From positions 2,108,001 through 2,172,000 of the forward strand of contig CATNEN010000041.1 of the NCBI GenBank assembly GCA_950097015.1: a stretch of DNA of 64,000 nucleotides, read 5' to 3'. The number at the start of each line of letters is the position of its first letter. The first letter of the stretch is position 1. This document shows, piece by piece, positions 47,861 through 60,467 of this stretch. A program made the position numbers and the translations under genes. The notes beneath the pieces are model-generated. The model was not told where the DNA came from, did no database searches, and was given only the letters and a program-made list of their open reading frames with translations. This stretch comes from Macrostomum hystrix (lineage: Eukaryota; Animalia; Platyhelminthes).

Positions 47861-47992
47861 ATGCCACCCGGGCCCTGGAGCTGCTGGAGGACTACCACAG
47901 GCAGCTGAACTCCCCTGCTGACATTCAGCTGCGCAGTGCCATCGAGCGAGTCATAAAAATATTCAAATCCAAGCTGTTCAACGCGCTGCTGG
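47861..47992 (+). CDS. dlg1: Discs large exon 2 (L27 domain)
   Basis: DATRALELLEDYH...LRSAIERVIKIFKSKLFNALL; phase 1 at both ends. Confidence 0.93.
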
Positions 47993-48015
47993 GTGAGTCG
48001 CCTTGTTGCCTTGTT

Positions 48016-48295
48016 GGGATCGCTAAATTCAGTACAGGGATCGTTAAATTCAGTACAGGGATTGCTACATTCAGTACAGGGATTGCTACATTCAGTACAG
48101 GGATCGCTAAATTCAGTACAGGGATTGCTACATTCAGTACAGGGATTGCTAAATTCAGTACAGAGATCGCTAGATTCCGTACATGGATCGCTAGGTTCAG
48201 TACAGGGATCGCTAGATTCCGTACATGGATCGCTAGATTCAGTACAGGGATCGCTAGGTTTAGTACGCTAGGTTCTAGATCGCTAGGTTCAGGGC
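48016..48295. repeat. 21-bp minisatellite (GGGATCGCTAAATTCAGTACA), ~13 copies
   Basis: Tandem units visible directly after the exon 2 donor. Confidence 0.92.
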
Positions 48296-48839
48296 ATATG
48301 GATCACTAGATTTCACACAAGAATCACCTGTTGTACTCGTACTTTCAATATGCCCGCATATGGTGTCAAACTAATCACTTAATATTCCATTCCCTGCTCA
48401 AATCGGGGACAGCCGGGTAACCCATATCGAATCTAGCCCCGTATCTGATCAGGCAGTACGAGATTAATCGAGTATTTAGTCACTGCAGCCGCAAACGCCT
48501 TCTCTGGCGCTGCCGTCCTCGTACCCTGCTCGAATTCTCGGGCAGTTTATCTGGTCTGTCGGCTGTGAATTCCCAGTGCTTGGGCGGCAGTGATGGGAGC
48601 ATAGGTTTATCAGGCCGCAGCTTTCTTCTCATTTTAATCGATGCTGGGAGTCAGGCAGGACTAAAAATCGCAGTGCCGGTTCCTGTCTGCCCGTTTCCGA
48701 ATCGCAACATTGCCATTGCTGTTGAATTGCTCCTTGAATTAGCAAACATTGCGGCTTTTATGACAGGATTTGAAAGAATACCTAGTCCCCTTTCCAAAGT
48801 AGATTCTGTTCGCCAGTTATCCAATTTTCATAGAAATTC

Positions 48840-49386
48840 CAATTCAGCAGTTTCCCAATACATTACTCCCCAATCCAGCAGTTCCCAATCCTTTATTCTT
48901 ACATTCAGCCGTTTCCCAATACATTACTCCCCAATCCAGCAGTTTCCCAATCCTTTATTCTTACATTCAGCCGTTTCCCAATACATTACTCCCCAATCCA
49001 GCAGTTTCCCAATCCTTTATTCTTACATTCAGCCGTTTCCCAATACATTACTCCCCAATCCAGCAGTTTCCCAATCCTTTATTCTTACATTCAGCCGTTA
49101 CCCAATCTTTTATTCCCGAATTCAGCAGCTTCCCAATCTTTTATTCTTACATTCAGCAGCTTCCCAATCTTTTATTCCCGAATTCAGCAGCTTCCCAATC
49201 TTTTATTCTTACATTCAGCAGCTTCCCAATCTTTTATTCTTACATTCAGCCGTTTCCCAATCTTTTATTCCCGAATTCAGCAGCTTCCCAATCTTTTATT
49301 CTTACATTCAGCCGTTTCCCAATCTTTTATTCCCGAATTCAGCAGTTTTTCAAATCCTTTATTCCTTAATTCAGCACTTTCCCAAT
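48840..49386. repeat. Pyrimidine-rich minisatellite, ~31/32-bp subunits in a ~63-bp dimer
   Basis: Recurrent CATTCAGC(C/A)GTTTCCCAAT...TTATTC. Confidence 0.9.
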
Positions 49387-49423
49387 CAGCTATCAATAAT
49401 GGCGAGTTCGCAACCTCCCGCAG

Positions 49424-49563
49424 AGATCCAGGAGTTTTACGAGGCCACCCTTCTGGATGACACCAAGAGCACGGAGCAGAAGACCCTGGAGACCATGAAG
49501 GTGGCCGAGCGCTGGTCCAACTCGCAGGGCCTGGCGCCGATCTCCGTGACCCGCCCGGCTCAG
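49424..49563 (+). CDS. dlg1: Discs large exon 3
   Basis: EIQEFYEATLLDDTKS (DLG consensus DIQEFYE.TLLD); donor CAG|GTGAGA. Confidence 0.93.
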
Positions 49564-49610
49564 GTGAGAGCCGAGTCACCTGCTGACTTCCGGTGATGTT
49601 GCAAGCAATA

Positions 49611-51062
49611 TCTACTCAGTGTTTGCTATGTCTACTCAGTGTTCTCACAGTCTACTCAGTGTTTGAAATGTCTACTCAGTGTTCTCACTGTCTACTCAGT
49701 GTTCTCACTGTCTACTCAGTGTTCTCACTGTCTACTCAGTGTTGTCACTGTCTACTCAGTGTTCTCACTGTCTACTCAGTGTTGTCACTGTCTACTCAGT
49801 GTTCTCACTGTCTACTCAGTGTTGTCACTGTCTACTCAGTGTTCTCACTGTCTACTCAGTGTTCTCACTGTCTACTCAGTGTTCTCACAGTCTACTCAGT
49901 GTTGTCACAGTCTACTCAGTGTTCTCACAGTCTACTCAGTGTTTGAAATGTCTACTCAGTGTTCTCACTGTCTACTCAGTGTTGTCACTGTCTACTCAGT
50001 GTTCTCACTGTCTACTCAGTGTTCTCACTGTCTACTCAGTGTTCTCACTGTCTACTCAGTGTTGTCACTGTCTACTCAGTGTTCTCACTGTCTACTCAGT
50101 GTTGTCACAGTCTACTCAGTGTTCTCACTGTCTACTCAGTGTTGTCACTGTCTACTCAGTGTTCTCACTGTCTACTCAGTGTTCTCACTGTCTACTCAGT
50201 GTTGTCACAGTCTACTCAGTGTTCTCACTGTCTACTCAGTGTTCTCACTGTCTACTCAGTGTTGTCACTGTCTACTCAGTGTTCTCACTGTCTACTCAGT
50301 GTTCTCACTGTCTACTCAGTGTTCTCACTGTCTACTCAGTGTTCTCACTGTCTACTCAGTGTTCTCACTGTCTACTCAGTGTTCTCACTGTCTACTCAGT
50401 GTTGTCACTGTCTACTCAGTGTTCTCACTGTCTACTCAGTGTTGTCACTGTCTACTCAGTGTTCTCACTGTCTACTCAGTGTTCTCACTGTCTACTCAGT
50501 GTTCTCACTGTCTACTCAGTGTTCTCACAGTCTACTCAGTGTTGTCACAGTCTACTCAGTGTTCTCACAGTCTACTCAGTGTTGTCACTGTCTACTCAGT
50601 GTTCTCACTGTCTACTCAGTGTTCTCACTGTCTACTCAGTGTTCTCACTGTCTACTCAGTGTTGTCACTGTCTACTCAGTGTTCTCACAGTCTACTCAGT
50701 GTTGTCACTGTCTACTCAGTGTTCTCACAGTCTACTCAGTGTTCTCACAGTCTACTCAGTGTTGTCACAGTCTACTCAGTGTTCTCACAGTCTACTCAGT
50801 GTTGTCACTGTCTACTCAGTGTTCTCACAGTCTACTCAGTGTTCTCACAGTCTACTCAGTGTTTGCAATGTCTACTCAGTGTTCTCACTGTCTACTCAGT
50901 GTTTGCAATGTCTACTCAGTGTTCTCACTGTCTACTCAGTGTTTGCAATGTCTACTCAGTGTTCTCACAGTCTACTCAGTGTTCTCACTGTCTACTCAGT
51001 GTTCTCACTGTCTACTCAGTGTTCTCACTGTCTACTCAGTGTTCTCACTGTCTACTCAGTGT
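49611..51062. repeat. 20-bp minisatellite (TCTACTCAGTGTTCTCACTG), ~72 copies
   Basis: Exact period 20 with a few variant unit types. Confidence 0.97.
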
Positions 51063-51977
51063 TTAGTCTGGCGGGTCGCGAGGTGCTTGGTGTTCCGCAA
51101 TTGAGGCAGAATAAATTATTGGCCTGGAACCGGCGGGCTCGGGCGCGGATCGGAATCCGCGGAGCCGGGAGGCAGCGCTGCTTATTGACCGCTCTGGGCC
51201 ATTGCTGCCTGCCTGGCATGCGGGCACAAGAACACATTTCAGGGGTGGGCCACTGGGCAAACTTTGCTGGCAGGGTGCGGCCTGAAATGACTGGGAAAGT
51301 TCTGCCCTGATGCTGATTGACAGGCCGGTTCGGCGGATTTGAGCATCCCCTCTCCGAGCGTGTGTCCCAACAAAAGCGCGGCCTCTTATTGTTGGCTCCT
51401 GGCTGCGCTGATGATCCTGGCGGCGGGGGGTCGTGTCCGCTGGCTCAGCACTCAGGCCTTCCCACTCAGCCAGATTGAGGATCAGGTTAATTAATGATTA
51501 GCGGCAGCTGCGGGATTTGGGAAATCTGATGAGCCCCGGGCCTCATCTGCCATGTCCCGGCCCCCCTGCTGTTGTCTTGTCCCCGGTTGATTAACCACTG
51601 CCAGGCCCCGCTGGCCTCTGTCTCATCCCGACCTACTTCCCCTTTGGCATCCCCTCAGCGAGTTTTCCCGGAATTCCCGCAGATGAGGCGGGCCGGTGAT
51701 GAATGACTCTCAGCGCACAGGGCGGCACTCCCCAGAAGGGAATTGTTTGCTTTAGTGTTGCAGCTGCATTAATGATGGGGCCATGCCAAGCTTGCCGCAA
51801 ATTTGGAGACCATGACTGATGATGGAAGCTGGCATGCTGGTGCTGTGAGGTGCAGGGCGCTGGGACTGCATGGCGAGCTCTGGCGTCCTACTGAGCATTG
51901 TGAGTCTGATATTTGAGAACACCAGAAATCTGGCTTTGAAACTTTGATCGAAAGCTAAAGGTGGAAGTAGCCTGAAT

Positions 51978-52243
51978 AGTTTAGCTTGAACTCAGTGAGT
52001 CAGGTCCCTGGCCTGAGTAGCTTGTAGACAATGAGTCAGGTCCCTAACCTGAGCAGTTTAGCTTGAAGACAGTGAGTCAGGGCCCTGACCTGAGCAGTTT
52101 AGTTTGAAGACAGTGAGTCAGGGCCCTGACCTGAGCAGTTTAGTTTGAAGGCAGTGAGTCAGGGCCCTGACCTGAGCAGTTTAGCTTGAAGACAGTGAGT
52201 CAGGGCCCTGACCTGAGCAGTTTAGCTTGAAGACAGTGAGTCA
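51978..52243. repeat. 41-bp minisatellite (GACAGTGAGTCAGGGCCCTGACCTGAGCAGTTTAGCTTGAA), ~6.5 copies
   Basis: Seven TGAGTCA cores, mostly 41 bp apart. Confidence 0.9.
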
Positions 52244-52839
52244 CCAGCAGTTCGAGCAGTTTTAGTGGGCACTGAGCGGGCTGCGGCATTCACCAGTTTG
52301 TCGTGGATGACTTCAGCGGGCTGATGCAGACCGGCTTGTGCAGCAATGCGTCTTCCATTATTGATAAGCCGGCAAGGACGGCGAGAGAGGCCGAGGGCTG
52401 GAATTTATTTTCCACTGGCTGGCTGCTCATCGCGCTTCTTTTTTGAGTGGCTTCCGGCCTGAGCCGCCGGCTTTTGAGTCGGTCTGGCCCGCGGAATTCC
52501 GAGCCATCTGCCCGGGGACTGCGGCTAATGCGGCCTCTTTCACTGCCCGCCCACTTCATGGCTAGGCGGGTCCGAGGGCTCTAGGCTGCCTGGTCATTAT
52601 TTATGCCCACTGCGGGCTGGGAGCTGTGCCGCTGGCTGACTGACACGCAGGACAGCCGGCTGACAGGGATCAAGGGGACTCTAAGCATGTTTGCTATGCT
52701 GCACTTTTTAGCTGCTGAGCTGTCTGAACTATTTTTTGTCTTCTGCTTTCCTTCACTTTATTCGAGAGCTTCCTCACAGCGCGCATTGTATTGTAACTTC
52801 CACACATCACTTGAACTATATCTGCTAACAATGTCACAC

Positions 52840-54535
52840 CGGTTTCCATACTTTCTCCACCCCTTTCATGCTTTCCCCATCGGTTTTCATACTTTCTCCA
52901 CCCGTTTCCATTCTTTCTCCACCCGTTTCCATTCTTTCTCCACCCGTTTCCATACTTTCTCCACCCGTTTCCATACTTTCTCCAACCGTTTCCATACTTT
53001 CTCCACTCGCTTCCATTCTTTCTCCAACCGTTTCCATTCTTTCTCCACTCGCTTCCATTCTTTCTCCAACCGTTTCCATACTTTCTCCAACCGTTTCCAT
53101 TCTTTCTCCAACCGTTTCCATACTTTCTCCACCCGTTTCCATACTTTCTCCACTCGCTTCCATTCTTTCTCCAACCGTTTCCATACTTTCTCCACCCGTT
53201 TCCATACTTTCTCCACCCGTTTCCATACTTTCTCCACTCGCTTCCATTCTTTCTCCAACCGTTTCCATACTTTCTCCAACCGTTTCCATTCTTTCTCCAA
53301 CCGTTTCCATTCTTTCTCCAACCGTTTCCATACTTTCTCCAACCGTTTCCATTCTTTCTCCAACCGTTTCCATACTTTCTCCAACCGTTTCCATTCTTTC
53401 TCCACCCGTTTCCATACTTTCTCCAACCGTTTCCATACTTTCTCCAACCGTTTCCATTCTTTCTCCAACCGTTTCCATTCTTTCTCCAACCGTTTCCATT
53501 CTTTCTCCAACCGTTTCCATACTTTCTCCAACCGTTTCCATACTTTCTCCAACCGTTTCCATACTTTCTCCAACCGTTTCCATTCTTTCTCCACCCGTTT
53601 CCATACTTTCTCCACCCGTTTCCATACTTTCTCCACTCGCTTCCATTCTTTCTCCAACCGTTTCCATACTTTCTCCACCCGTTTCCATACTTTCTCCACC
53701 CGTTTCCATACTTTCTCCACTCGCTTCCATTCTTTCTCCAACCGTTTCCATACTTTCTCCAACCGTTTCCATTCTTTCTCCAACCGTTTCCATTCTTTCT
53801 CCAACCGTTTCCATACTTTCTCCAACCGTTTCCATTCTTTCTCCAACCGTTTCCATACTTTCTCCAACCGTTTCCATTCTTTCTCCACCCGTTTCCATAC
53901 TTTCTCCAACCGTTTCCATACTTTCTCCAACCGTTTCCATTCTTTCTCCAACCGTTTCCATTCTTTCTCCAACCGTTTCCATACTTTCTCCAACCGTTTC
54001 CATTCTTTCTCCACCCGTTTCCATACTTTCTCCACCCGTTTCCATACTTTCTCCAACCGTTTCCATTCTTTCTCCAACCGTTTCCATACTTTCTCCAACC
54101 GTTTCCATACTTTCTCCAACCGTTTACATTCTTTCTCCACCCGTTTCCATACTTTCTCTAACCGTTTCCATACTTTCTCCAACCGTTTCCATACTTTCTC
54201 CACCCGTTTCCATTCTTTCTCCACCCGTTTCCATACTTTCTCCACCCGTTTCCATTCTTTCTCCACTGGCTTCCATTCTTTCTCCAACCGTTTCCATACT
54301 TTCTCCACCCGTTTCCATTCTTTCTCCGCCCGTTTCCATTCTTTCTCCACCCGTTTCCATACTTTCTCCACCCGTTTCCATTCTTTCTCCACCCGTTTCC
54401 ATTCTTTCTCCAACCGTTTCCATACTTTCTCCAACCGTTTCCATTCTTTCTCCAACCGTTTCCATACTTTCTCCAACCGTTTCCATACTTTCTCCACCCG
54501 TTTCCATACTTTCCACACCGGTTTCCATACTTTCC
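52840..54535. repeat. 21-bp minisatellite (CCAACCGTTTCCATACTTTCT), ~80 copies
   Basis: Period 21; produces spurious heptad ORFs on both strands. Confidence 0.97.
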
Positions 54536-54705
54536 ACATATCGTCCACGTGTCCCACACCATAGACTGTACTCATCTAGTCGATACGAGGCAATGTTTCT
54601 GTCCTCTGTTGCCAAGTGTTTGCACCAGCTAGTTAAGCTTGTGAACGCATCTGTTCAAAGTATTCATCCAAAAATAGTTATCGCCACTATCTATGCAGTG
54701 AGTGA

Positions 54706-54730
54706 GTGTGTGTGTGTGTGTGCGTGTGTG

Positions 54731-54801
<71 letters not shown>
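54706..54801. repeat. (TG)n microsatellite
   Basis: Near-perfect TG run. Confidence 0.97.
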
Positions 54802-54804
<3 letters not shown>

Positions 54805-55972
54805 GGCTGTGGCTGGGCAAACTTGGCCGGGTGGCTGTGGGGCGGCCTGTGCAGGCCTTGGCTTTTTTAATCGCAATTTAAATTTGTTTTGCACAGCAGC
54901 TGGCTGAGTGCTCGGCTTCACGCCTGATTGGCTGAGCACCGAGGCCCTGAGCCGTCTCTCAGCTTGTGTTAACAAAACTGTCGGCTAATTTCATTTTTCT
55001 ATTCGGGCATTGGTGCCAGACCGGGCAGAGCTGCTGCCGGCCCTGAGTTTGTCGGCCTCCTGCCGCCTCGATATCGACTGCGGCTCTGGGAGCTGCGGTC
55101 TTGGAGATCTTCCCTAGTGTCACCCGGGGTGTCAGGACCCGCCAGCTGCTTGCTCTGAATACATGCGGCACGCGTGCCCAGCCCGCAGATGTATAAAAAT
55201 CCCGCTTGGCCGGCCACACAGTCAGCTGGGGCGGCTGTAAAGTGCGTCTGCCCATCCGCCCCCGAGCTGTCTGTCCGTCCCTCCGCGAGGCTGGGATGAG
55301 GCGCCTGGCCTGATGGCTCAATTCCCAGTGGATCTAAAAAAGTGGTGCCGTGAACGAGGAAAATTTTTCTCCCGGCCCGCGCAGCTGACCCGGGCGGGCC
55401 CGCTGGTGCTGCTCACTATACTCATACTACTCACTAATTTTACTACTACTATGCTCTGTCGCCTGATGTGCGCTCACCGCACAGCCTCCTCCACGTCTGT
55501 CCGTCTGTCCCGCACGAGATCGCTTCTCGGGGTCGCAGAATTGGACGAATAAGTTACTAGCTATCTTCTCAATCGTTTATGATAGACTGGGATCCGCTCG
55601 GCTTGTCGCTGCCAGCTGGACCGGCAATTCTCCGTCACCATCGTAAAAATAGGGGCTGACGGCCGGGACTGGGGATTCAAGCGCGCCCGCTGAAACCTTC
55701 TCGCCAGGGAGGCATCAAATCCGCTGCTTTTATTGCCCCGCCGCTGGTAATGAGGCCGGCGAGCCACGTCCTGTCTCCGGGGGGTTGGAAAGATAATTTC
55801 ACCGGGAGCTGCGCGCTGTCATGCCGAGTTAGTGCCTTGGCCGGGCACTTTTGGTTCGCGCCCTAAGCGATAATTGCAGCTGGCTAAACAGAGATTTCTG
55901 GATTTGCTATCTAAAGCCAGCATTGAATGAGGCTAATGCGATAACTAGTATCCATCACCTGCCACTCTGCAG

Positions 55973-56588
55973 CACCACCAGTTTGCCACCTCATCCGAGC
56001 GCGACTTCGAACTGACCGACTACAGCGGCAGCAGCGGCGGCGGCTTCGGCCGGAACAACGGTGGCGACTACCTCCAACACCTGGCGCGGCAGGCCCCGGG
56101 ATCGCCACCGCCGCCACCGCCGCCGCCACCTCTGGGCGCATCGAACGACGCTTCGCCCGTGTCTTCTTCAGCGCCGCCGGCGGCTTCAACCTTCGAGGTC
56201 ACGCTGGAGCGGTCGGGGCTCGGCTTCGGCTTCAGCATCGCCGGCGGCTCCGACGCACCGGCGCCGCCGTCTGCTGAGGATCCGCGAATTCGCGTCACCC
56301 GCCTGGTGCCCGGCGGCGCCGCTGACGGACGCCTCGCTGTCGGCGACGCCCTGCTGCGAGTCAACGGCGTCGATGTGTCCTGCGTCACCCACGCCGAGGC
56401 CGTCGAGGCGCTCAAACTGGCCGGCAGCCGGCTCCGCCTCCTTGTGCTGCGGGGACCCGCGCCACCGCCTCCGCTACCGGCTGCGGGAGCCCCCATCACG
56501 GCACATGCCGCCATTGTCGGGGAGCAGCAGCGGGAGATCCGCATCCTGCTGAATAAGACTGCCAGAGGCCTGGGGTTCAGCATTGCAG
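55973..56588 (+). CDS. dlg1: Discs large exon with PDZ1 and the start of PDZ2
   Basis: Acceptor CACTCTGCAG; EVTLERSGLGFGFSIAGG..VTRLVPGGAADGRLAVGD..VNGVDV; LNKTARGLGFSIA; donor G|GTGAGC. Confidence 0.92.
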
Positions 56589-56690
56589 GTGAGCTTCGTT
56601 CAGCTTTGTTCTCAGTTTATTGTGGCGAATCTTATGAAATATCGTCACGAACTCCCCGCCTCCCCAACCGACCGGCTCCCCTCTCGCCAG

Positions 56691-57044
56691 GCGGCTTACA
56701 CAATGAGCACCTGCCAGGGGACAGCGGCATCTTCATTACGAAGCTGATCGACGGTGGTGCAGCTCAGCTGGACGGCCGCATCGCCGTGGGCGACCGGCTG
56801 GTGTCGGTGAACGGAGCCTCCCTCCGCTGCGTCACCCACGAAGACGCGGTCGCTGCTCTGAAGCGCACCGGCAACGAGGTGCTGCTGTCTGTGGTTAAAC
56901 CAACCCCGGAGCAGCTGGCGGCCCTCATTGTCATGGAGGAGGTGGAGGCGGAGTCCGCTGAGGGCTCGGAGGCTCCGCACATTGGGACTCAGCAACAGCA
57001 GCAGCAGTTGCCGGCAGATGCGGCGGCACTGGAGTTTGCACCTG
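56691..57044 (+). CDS. dlg1: Discs large exon completing PDZ2
   Basis: GGLHNEHLPGDSGIFITKLIDGGAAQLDGRIAVGDRL; donor G|GTGAGT. Confidence 0.93.
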
Positions 57045-57677
57045 GTGAGTCTGATGATGCTGTCTGTCTGCCTGTCTGTGCTAACTCTTACATGTTTTTT
57101 CTAAGAAATGCGGGTTCTGGGGCCGTTGCTTCATCAGTACTAATAATGCGAATGTTGCACTGATTTTGTCTACTTTGCTGCCAGACACAGAATTTTGAGC
57201 AGTCTTTGTCTGGAACAGTGTCCCGTGATTCTGCGCTTTTTCTATTCCAATGCTCACTACCGGACTTGTTTTTGATTTTTTGCCGATTTCATTGCTAATC
57301 TCATTGCGCCACCGAGCACTCTTAACAAAACCGATGAATGATGAGGAATGCGCAGCTGCGATTTACCGAAGCCGAGCCAACAGGACTCCGCAGCCTGCGG
57401 TTGCCAGGAAGTGTCTGATGAGGTAAGGCAGTCAGCGCAGCGCATCTTAGCTAGAGCTTCCTTCTTCTCGGAGCTCGCATGCCGCCTCAGTTTGCTGACC
57501 CGAGCCTTCTTTCATTAGCCCCTCTAAACTGTTGTGAATGCGGCTTGTTACCAGTCATGGAGGAATGCGGAGTGCAACCCGACACCGCAGATCCCATCCT
57601 CTGCCTGCTCCCTCCCTACTCTGGGGCCGTTTAGTTGCGCCGTGCAGCGTGTCGGATTTCAAATCGCCGGCAGCCGC

Positions 57678-58076
57678 CCGCCATGCTAAACTGTTTCTCC
57701 GCCCCCCGCCATGCTAAACTGTTTCTCCGCCCCCCGCCATGCTAAACTGTTTCTCCGCCCCCCGCCATGCTAAACTGTTTCTCCGCCCCCCCGCCATGCT
57801 AAACTGTTTCTCCGCCCCCCCGCCATGCTAAACTGTTTCTCCGCCCCCCGCCATGCTAAACTGTTTCTCCGCCCCCCGCCATGCTAAACTGTTTCTCCGC
57901 CCCCCGCCATGCTAAACTGTTTCTCCGCCCCCCGCCATGCTAAACTGTTTCTCCGCCCCCCGCCATGCTAAACTGTTTCTCCGCCCCCCGCCATGCTAAA
58001 CTGTTTCTCCGCCCCCCGCCCATGCTAAACTGTTTCTCCGCCCCCCGCCATGCTAAACTGTTTCTCCGCCCCCCGC
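57678..58076. repeat. 28-bp minisatellite (CCGCCATGCTAAACTGTTTCTCCGCCCC), ~14 copies
   Basis: Period 28 (57681, 57709). Confidence 0.96.
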
Positions 58077-58754
58077 CCGGCTGTCCAACTGGGGGAGGGA
58101 GGTTGGTGGCATTTCAGAGCGCTCATTGAGCGAGTGAATTGTGAGGCCGGTTGGCTTACGCGGGGAGTCGTTAGGCATCCGCCAGCCATGCGAGCTCGGG
58201 TCCGGGTGTTGTGGGGTGGGAGCTGCTGCTGCTGCTAGGCTTGCAGGCAGTAATTGTGCGCCTGGGGTCCTGCAACTCTCGGCTACTCGCCTTCGTCAGT
58301 ATATTGCGACCGTCCCTTCGCCCTGCCTCCAGCGCGCGTCTGTTAATAAACATGCATCCGCACCCATGCACTGCATCCTCTGCTGCTGCCAATGCCCGCC
58401 CAACCCAACCCACTGGGCTCACTTGTGCAAGTTGGGGAAGGAAATTGTTGGCTAGCGATCTGGGCTTCTCCTGTGTGCTGCTGTGTAGTTTCGGTTTCTT
58501 CTACATGCATATTAACGGTTGATATTGACACGCGGCCTGCCCGCCACTCCCTGAGACCAGCGCACCTATTTCACTCGCTTAAAGTTCCGTTCTTTGTTTT
58601 AATTGTTAAATATTTTATTTGTTTACATTTGATGTACTTGTCTAGTCATGTTATGAGCTCAGTGTCCTCCTCCTGCGTCCTTTCCCTATCTTAACTGTGT
58701 TTTATTGTAAATTACTAGCCCTTCTATATCTGGCCCCTGTCTGTGTGTTCGTTG

Positions 58755-59250
58755 GCTAGCCCTTCCCTCTCTAACACCTCCCTCTTGGTATGTACAAGGG
58801 CTGGCCATTCCCTCTCTAACCCCTCCCTATGTACAAGGGCTGGCCATTCCCTCTCTAACCCCTCCGTATGTACAAGAGCTGGCCATTCCCTCTCTAACCC
58901 CTCCGTATGTACAAGGGCTAGCCATTCCCTCTCTAACCCCTCCGTATGTACAAGGGCTGGCCATTCCCTCTCTAACCCCTCCGTATGTACATGGGCTAGC
59001 ACTTCACTCTCCAACCCCTCTCCGTATTTACATGGGCTAGCATTTCACTCTCCAACCCCTCTCCGTATGTACATTGGCTAGCATTTCACTCTCCAACCCC
59101 TCTCCGTATGTACATGGGCTAGCACTTCACTCTCCAACCCCTCACCGTATGTACATGGGCTAGCATTTCACTCTCCAACCCCTCTCCGTATGTACATGGG
59201 CTAGCAAATCACTCCCCAACCCCTTTCTGAATGTGCATGGGCTAGCCCAT
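58755..59250. repeat. 39-41-bp minisatellite with graded unit change
   Basis: CCCTCTCTAACCCCTCCGTATGTACAAGGGCTGGCCATT shifts to a 41-bp variant at the right end. Confidence 0.9.
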
Positions 59251-59457
59251 TCCACTTGTGAACAAGGCTTTAGCAGCCGAAAGCAGTCTTAAAGAAGTCT
59301 TATGCGGCTGCTTATCAGCTTGGTTTTTAGTTTCAGTTCAAGTATTTGAATTTCACTGTTGTGTCTTCTGTTTCATGTTTTATTCCTGTTTTACGCTGAC
59401 CAGTCACAGCAATCAACCCTTCGGTCTGAGTGAATTTTAAACCCGTTCTGCTTTTAG

Positions 59458-59553
59458 ACCGCCGCACAAAACGCATGTCTCTCATGCGCTTGCTGTCGAA
59501 AAAGCCGAAAAACAGTGAACATCTGCTTCCTGCGGACAGCTTCATCTATGCAG
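59458..59553 (+). CDS. dlg1: Candidate 96-nt dlg exon in the PDZ2-PDZ3 linker (DRRTKRMSLMRLLSKKPKNSEHLLPADSFIYA)
   Basis: Acceptor TTCTGCTTTTAG, donor CAG|GTGAGA, open frame, phase 1 at both ends and compatible with the previous exon. Confidence 0.65.
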
Positions 59554-59559
59554 GTGAGA

Positions 59560-60136
59560 CATCTCATCACTGAGTATATGGGTGAGCTTCACTGATCACA
59601 TCCCTCATCTCATCACTGAGTATATGGGTGAGCTTCACTGATCACATCCCTCATCTCATCACTGAGTCTATGGGTGAGCTTCACTGATCACATCCCTCAT
59701 CTCATCACTGAGTATATGGGTGAGCTTCACTGATCACATCCCTCATCTCATCACTGAGTATATGGGTGAGCTTCACTGATCACATCCCTCATCTCATCAC
59801 TGAGTCTATGGGTGAGCTTCACTGATCACATCCCTCATCTCATCACTGAGTATATGGGTGAGCTTCACTGATCACATCCCTCATCTCATCACTGAGTATA
59901 TGGCTGAGCTTCACTGATCACATCCCTCATCTCATCACTGAGTCTATGAGTGAGCTTCACTGATCACATCCCTCATCTCATCACTGAGTCTATGGGTGAG
60001 CTTCACTGATCACATCCCTCATCTCATCACTGAGTCTATGGGTGAGCTTCACTGATCACATCCCTCATCTCATCACTGAGTCTATGGGTGAGCTTCACTA
60101 ATCACATCCCTCATCTCATCACTGAGTCTATGAGTG
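59560..60136. repeat. 46-bp minisatellite (CATCTCATCACTGAGTATATGGGTGAGCTTCACTGATCACATCCCT), ~12 copies
   Basis: Period 46 (59560, 59606). Confidence 0.96.
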
Positions 60137-60467
60137 AGTGAGGTTCACTGTGAGGTTCACCTTGCCGCCTTCCCGCAGCTGCCCGCATTAGCTGTCATCG
60201 CCAGTCCTGGAGTCACAGCGACTTGCCGGAACTTCGCCTTGTCGGGCAGCTGGAGGTGCTTAAACTGCAGCGTGAACTGCAGCAGCAGCGACAGAAAAGT
60301 CTGCTTCCTCAGAGCTCTTTTAAGCGGCTGAGCTGCCTATTTCCTTACGCATATCGTAATGCAGCTGAACCCTAGACATTCAGAGGCCTGGATTTCATGC
60401 TCTCCTCAAATTCAATGCCTCGTATTCAGGTTTCATGTTGAAGCCAAATTCTACCCCCTAATGCATA

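Noticed and set aside
48565-49423. 5' part of the 343-aa ORF running into dlg exon 3
   Set aside because: Repeat-derived intron sequence; the real exon starts at the acceptor at 49424
49593-51310. Long ORFs of 381-543 aa (STQCSHCLLSV...)
   Set aside because: Translations of a stop-free 20-bp minisatellite inside a dlg intron
52603-54907. ORFs of 424-679 aa on both strands, including a coiled-coil-like EKVWKRL heptad
   Set aside because: A 21-bp unit gives heptads automatically; open in most frames and lacks gene signals
57334-57422. Short ORF ending at a strong GTAAGG donor as an alternative dlg first exon
   Set aside because: Phase 2 does not match the next candidate exon (phase 1); no homology
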